From Bryobacteraceae bacterium (GTDB lineage: Bacteria; Acidobacteriota; Terriglobia; Bryobacterales; Bryobacteraceae), in NCBI GenBank assembly GCA_039930685.1, contig JBDTTK010000001.1:1-38275 (forward strand): DNA of 38,275 bases, read 5' to 3'. The position numbers and the translations under genes were made by a program. Each line of letters opens with the position of its first letter. Within the stretch, counting starts at the first letter, position 1. Below the pieces are notes generated by a model. It did no database searches and had not been told where the DNA came from. It saw only the letters and a program-made list of their open reading frames with translations. Below, one piece after another: positions 35,326 through 38,275 of the stretch.

Positions 35326-35832
35326 ATGGCAAACTTTTCGGAAGTCGTCTCGGGCGCGGCGGCGATCGCCAAAGGCATGGGCATCACTCTCAAGGAGATG
35401 ATGCAGCCGACGATCACTGAGGATTACCCGGACGGTCCGGTGCACTTTCAGGAGCGGTTCCGCGGCGCGCACGTCCTACAGCGCGACGAGAACGGTCTCG
35501 AGAAGTGCGTGGCCTGCTTCCTGTGCGCGGCGGCTTGTCCGGCGGACTGCATCTACATCGAAGCCATGGAGAACACGGACGAGCTTCGTGTATCCGGCGG
35601 CGAGCGGTATGCCAAGGTCTACAACATCGACTACAACCGCTGCATCTTCTGCGGCTATTGCGTCGAGGCGTGTCCGACGGATGCGATTACCCACGGACAC
35701 GGGTTTGAGCTCGCGAGCTACAACACGTCGACCTTGATCAAGCGCAAGGAAGACATGCTGGTGCAGATTCCGGCGGGGGCGCATTTTCCGTTGAAGGCGG
35801 AAGAAGAAGCTCCGGCAGGCGCGGGCCACTAA
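35326..35832 (+). CDS. nuoI: NADH-quinone oxidoreductase subunit I (2x[4Fe-4S] ferredoxin subunit)
   Basis: CVACFLCAAACPADCIYIEA and CIFCGYCVEACPTDAI cluster motifs, plus GERYAKVYNIDYNRC and the N-terminal GMGITLKEM block typical of NuoI/Nqo9. AGGAGG lies upstream. Confidence 0.9.
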   Translation: MANFSEVVSGAAAIAKGMGITLKEMMQPTITEDYPDGPVHFQERFRGAHVLQRDENGLEKCVACFLCAAACPADCIYIEAMENTDELRVSGGERYAKVYNIDYNRCIFCGYCVEACPTDAITHGHGFELASYNTSTLIKRKEDMLVQIPAGAHFPLKAEEEAPAGAGH

Positions 35833-35899
35833 GCGCCCGCTCGCTCCGTTCCTTCGGTCCCCCGCGAGCTTTCGACACACCGCGTGCCGCCGCTCGAAT

Positions 35900-37018
35900 T
35901 CACTGCAGATTGTATTCGGCCTTGATGGATGCCACGTTTTTCGTGGCTTGTTCCTGGAACGAACTGCGGATGGCCGCACACTGCTTCAGGAATGTGAGCG
36001 CATCCGGGATGCGGCTGCGCTCGCCGGAGGTTTCGGCGATGCGGTAGTTGGCAAAGCCCAGATGGTAGAAGGCCGCTGCAAGCATCTGCGTGTTGTCTTT
36101 GGCGTACGGTAGGGCGGCGCGGAGGTAGCGGTCCGCCTGGGCATACCGCCGGAGGACGCTGCTCGAAATGCCGGCCATCCAGTTGCACATGTTCGAGTAC
36201 TGGCTGATCCGCTTGGTCCACTCTTCTTCAACGATGTAGTCGGGCCGCGGTTTTCCGAGGATGTCCAGGGTGCGTCCGCAGTAGTTCGCAACCAGGTCCG
36301 GATTATCCTCCTTGCGGAAGTGCTGCTCGGCGACCGCGACCAGGATGTCGACGTTGTTCGGATCGCGGGCAAGTAGCTTCTCCGCGAACGGAAGCGCCGC
36401 CGGACCGGTCATGCTCTTGTAAATCTGAACGTAGTCGGCCTGAATATTCGGAATGTACCGGCCCTTCGGGTTACGCTTTTCGAGGGCCTGCAGCAGTTCC
36501 AGGCGCTTCTTCGAGTCGGCAGTTTGCGACGCGATTACGTAAAGGTGGTATTCGGCGTAGGTCTGGAGTTGGCGGGCATGTACGGCGGCCGGAGTGGCGC
36601 CGTCCGCCTGGGCGGCGGCCATCGTCCAGAGTGTATTGGCGTACCTGTCGATCAGTTCCGGTTTCTTTTTCCCTTCGGCGCCTCGCAGGCAAATCTGGCC
36701 GAAGTCGAGGTTTGTGGGGTCGGCCGGTAGCGCGCGTTCGCAGACCGCCAAGGTTCCGTCGAAGTCCTGGGCTTTGAAGTAACCGGGCAGGAGCTGATCG
36801 TTCACCCATCCGATCGCCTCGTGTTTGGGATACTGAACGGAAAACTGTTCAAGCAAGCGGAGTTTCGCCGGCTGATTGGATTCCTGCAGAATTTGTTGGA
36901 GCAGAAGGCCTTCGTGGCTTTCCGGGTCGATTTTCGGCTTGGGATGCTGCGACCAGGCTGCCATTGGCAGCAGCGTGACGAGCAACGAGAGTGTGAGAAT
37001 TGGATTCGGCAACTTCAA
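35900..37018 (-). CDS. Secreted helical-repeat (TPR-like) protein of unknown function
   Basis: Signal peptide MKLPNPILTLSLLVTLLPMAAWSQ. The rest is alpha-helical with repeat-like A/L/Y spacing. The family assignment is not secure. Confidence 0.6.
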   Translation of the reverse strand: MKLPNPILTLSLLVTLLPMAAWSQHPKPKIDPESHEGLLLQQILQESNQPAKLRLLEQFSVQYPKHEAIGWVNDQLLPGYFKAQDFDGTLAVCERALPADPTNLDFGQICLRGAEGKKKPELIDRYANTLWTMAAAQADGATPAAVHARQLQTYAEYHLYVIASQTADSKKRLELLQALEKRNPKGRYIPNIQADYVQIYKSMTGPAALPFAEKLLARDPNNVDILVAVAEQHFRKEDNPDLVANYCGRTLDILGKPRPDYIVEEEWTKRISQYSNMCNWMAGISSSVLRRYAQADRYLRAALPYAKDNTQMLAAAFYHLGFANYRIAETSGERSRIPDALTFLKQCAAIRSSFQEQATKNVASIKAEYNLQ

Positions 37019-37160
37019 GGGTGCTCGCCTCCCTTTGGACGGGCTAATATATAATTCGTAATTCGGACTGTTCTGACCAAAACTTTAGGGAAAGACACTA
37101 GAGGGCGGGCAAGAAAACCCTGTGTGTGGGGAGCTTTCCGCCTGTCGGGCCGCAATCATT

Positions 37161-38203
37161 ATGATTTTGCCAACAACGTACGTCAGTGCACTTCTGCTCA
37201 TGGTGTTCTCGATGCTGTGCTGGGGATCGTGGGCGAACACCCAAAAGATGACCGGAAAATGGCGGTTCGAGTTGTATTACTACGACTATGCGCTGGGGGT
37301 TCTGCTTTGCGCGGTGTTGGCGGCGTTCACGTTCGGCACGCTCAATTCGGCGGAGCTCACGTTCCAGGACAATTTCCTGATTACCAGCTATCGCAAGATG
37401 GCGTGGGGAGTGGCCGGGGGCGTGGTGTTCAACCTCGCGAACATGCTCCTCGTGGCTGCGATTTCCGTAGCGGGTATGTCGGTCGCCTTCCCCATCGGCA
37501 TCGGACTGGCCCTGGTCATTGGCGTCATCTGGAACTACATCCTCACTCCGCAAGGGAATCCGACGCTTTTGTTCGGCGGAGCGGCGCTGGTGGTGGTGGC
37601 GATCATAGTCGACGCGATGGCGTACGCCGCCCATGCGGCCCAACTGAAGGCCGAGGCGGAAGCTGCGGCGCCGCAGCCGGCAGCCGTACCCGGGCCGGAG
37701 CTGCAGCGATCTTCGAGTTCGGGGCGCACCTATTCGCGAACGAAAGCACAAAAGCCGAGATGGGCAAGTCGGGCGACGGAGCGGTCGGGCCGTATGGAAT
37801 CGCGCTGCTCTTCGCCGTGGGCGTGTTCGCGTCGACGTTCGTATTCAATCCGTTCTTTATGACGTTTCCGATTCAAGGCCTTCCGGTCGGACTGACCGAG
37901 TTCTTCCGGAGCACGCGGAAGCAGCATGGTCTCGGCATTCTGGGCGGGATGATCTGGTGCGCGGGCGCAATCGCCAACTTCGTCGCCTCGAGCAGCCCGG
38001 CGCAGCTATCCGTCGGACCAGCCGTCAGCTACGGCATCGGGCAGGGCGCGACGCTGGTGAGCGCACTGTGGGGCCTGTTGGTATGGAAAGAGTTCAAAGG
38101 CGCGGCGCCTCGCGTCAAGTCGCTGCTGGCCTTTATGATCGTGCTGTTCGTGATCGGGCTGGTTCTGATTTCGATCGCGCCGCTCTATCCGGTTGACCGG
38201 TAA
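37161..38203 (+). pseudogene. 10-TM DMT-superfamily sugar transporter (GRP/RhaT-like), disrupted by an apparent 1-nt frameshift near 37690-37720
   Basis: The N-terminal half is read in the frame of 37122..37862 (MILPTTYVSALLLMVFSMLCWGSWANTQK..., 5 TMs). It then degenerates into an R/S-rich tail. The C-terminal half (GPYGIALLFAVGVFASTFVF...LISIAPLYPVDR, 5 TMs) is read in the frame of 37124..38203. Confidence 0.6.
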
Positions 38204-38207
38204 CCGC

Positions 38208-38275
38208 GTGGCGAACGCGATTCCGGCGGGTGAAGTGCGAAGGTACGACGCGGTCCTGTTCGATCTGCTGACCGG
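38208..38275 (+). CDS. 5' end of an unidentified ORF (possibly a HAD-like hydrolase), runs off the right edge
   Basis: GTG at 38208; translation VANAIPAGEVRRYDAVLFDLLT. Only 22 codons are visible, so the call is very tentative. Confidence 0.2.
   Translation, partial: MANAIPAGEVRRYDAVLFDLLT

Noticed and set aside
37122-38203. Programmed -1 ribosomal frameshift in the DMT transporter gene
   Set aside because: There is no slippery heptamer or obvious downstream pseudoknot at the frame switch. An indel in a G/C run is the simpler explanation.

Overview
High-GC (roughly 60-65%) bacterial chromosomal segment. It is most consistent with an Acidobacteria (Solibacter-like) genome; this is an inference from two large secreted SBBP-type beta-propeller proteins, frequent GTG/TTG starts and overall gene content. 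I can support about 38 protein genes. I recognised no rRNA, tRNA, CRISPR array, transposase or integrase. Left to right: (1) a minus-strand string of LytTR response regulator, esterase, ATP-grasp ligase and GCS2 carboxylate-amine ligase, which runs off the left edge; (2) ino1 plus an SDR epimerase; (3) a tightly overlapping minus-strand string vapB-vapC-pta-HDAC-like deacetylase-minimal nucleotidyltransferase; (4) a seven-gene efflux locus (TetR, TolC, HlyD, two ABC ATPases, two ABC-2 permeases; YbhGFSR-like with a split ATPase); (5) a ~590-bp non-coding gap carrying five copies of a TTTGCGAAACGAAGCCAGA-type motif; (6) a secreted unknown protein, an MFS sugar porter and a Tat-signal enolase-superfamily enzyme; (7) two paralogous giant SBBP/beta-propeller secreted proteins flanking a small orphan ORF, an aminotransferase, an Slt-type lytic transglycosylase and a GAF-like protein; (8) housekeeping yceD-rpmF-plsX; (9) a second minimal nucleotidyltransferase with a 75-aa partner (TA-like pair); (10) a truncated ExbB/TolQ-like protein plus an orphan nuoI; (11) a secreted helical-repeat protein and a frameshifted 10-TM DMT sugar transporter. 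The best candidates for something undescribed are the dual-amidoligase operon, the non-coding repeat array, the paired minimal nucleotidyltransferases and the pta/HDAC coupling. All functional calls rest on motif recognition by eye; no database search was run.
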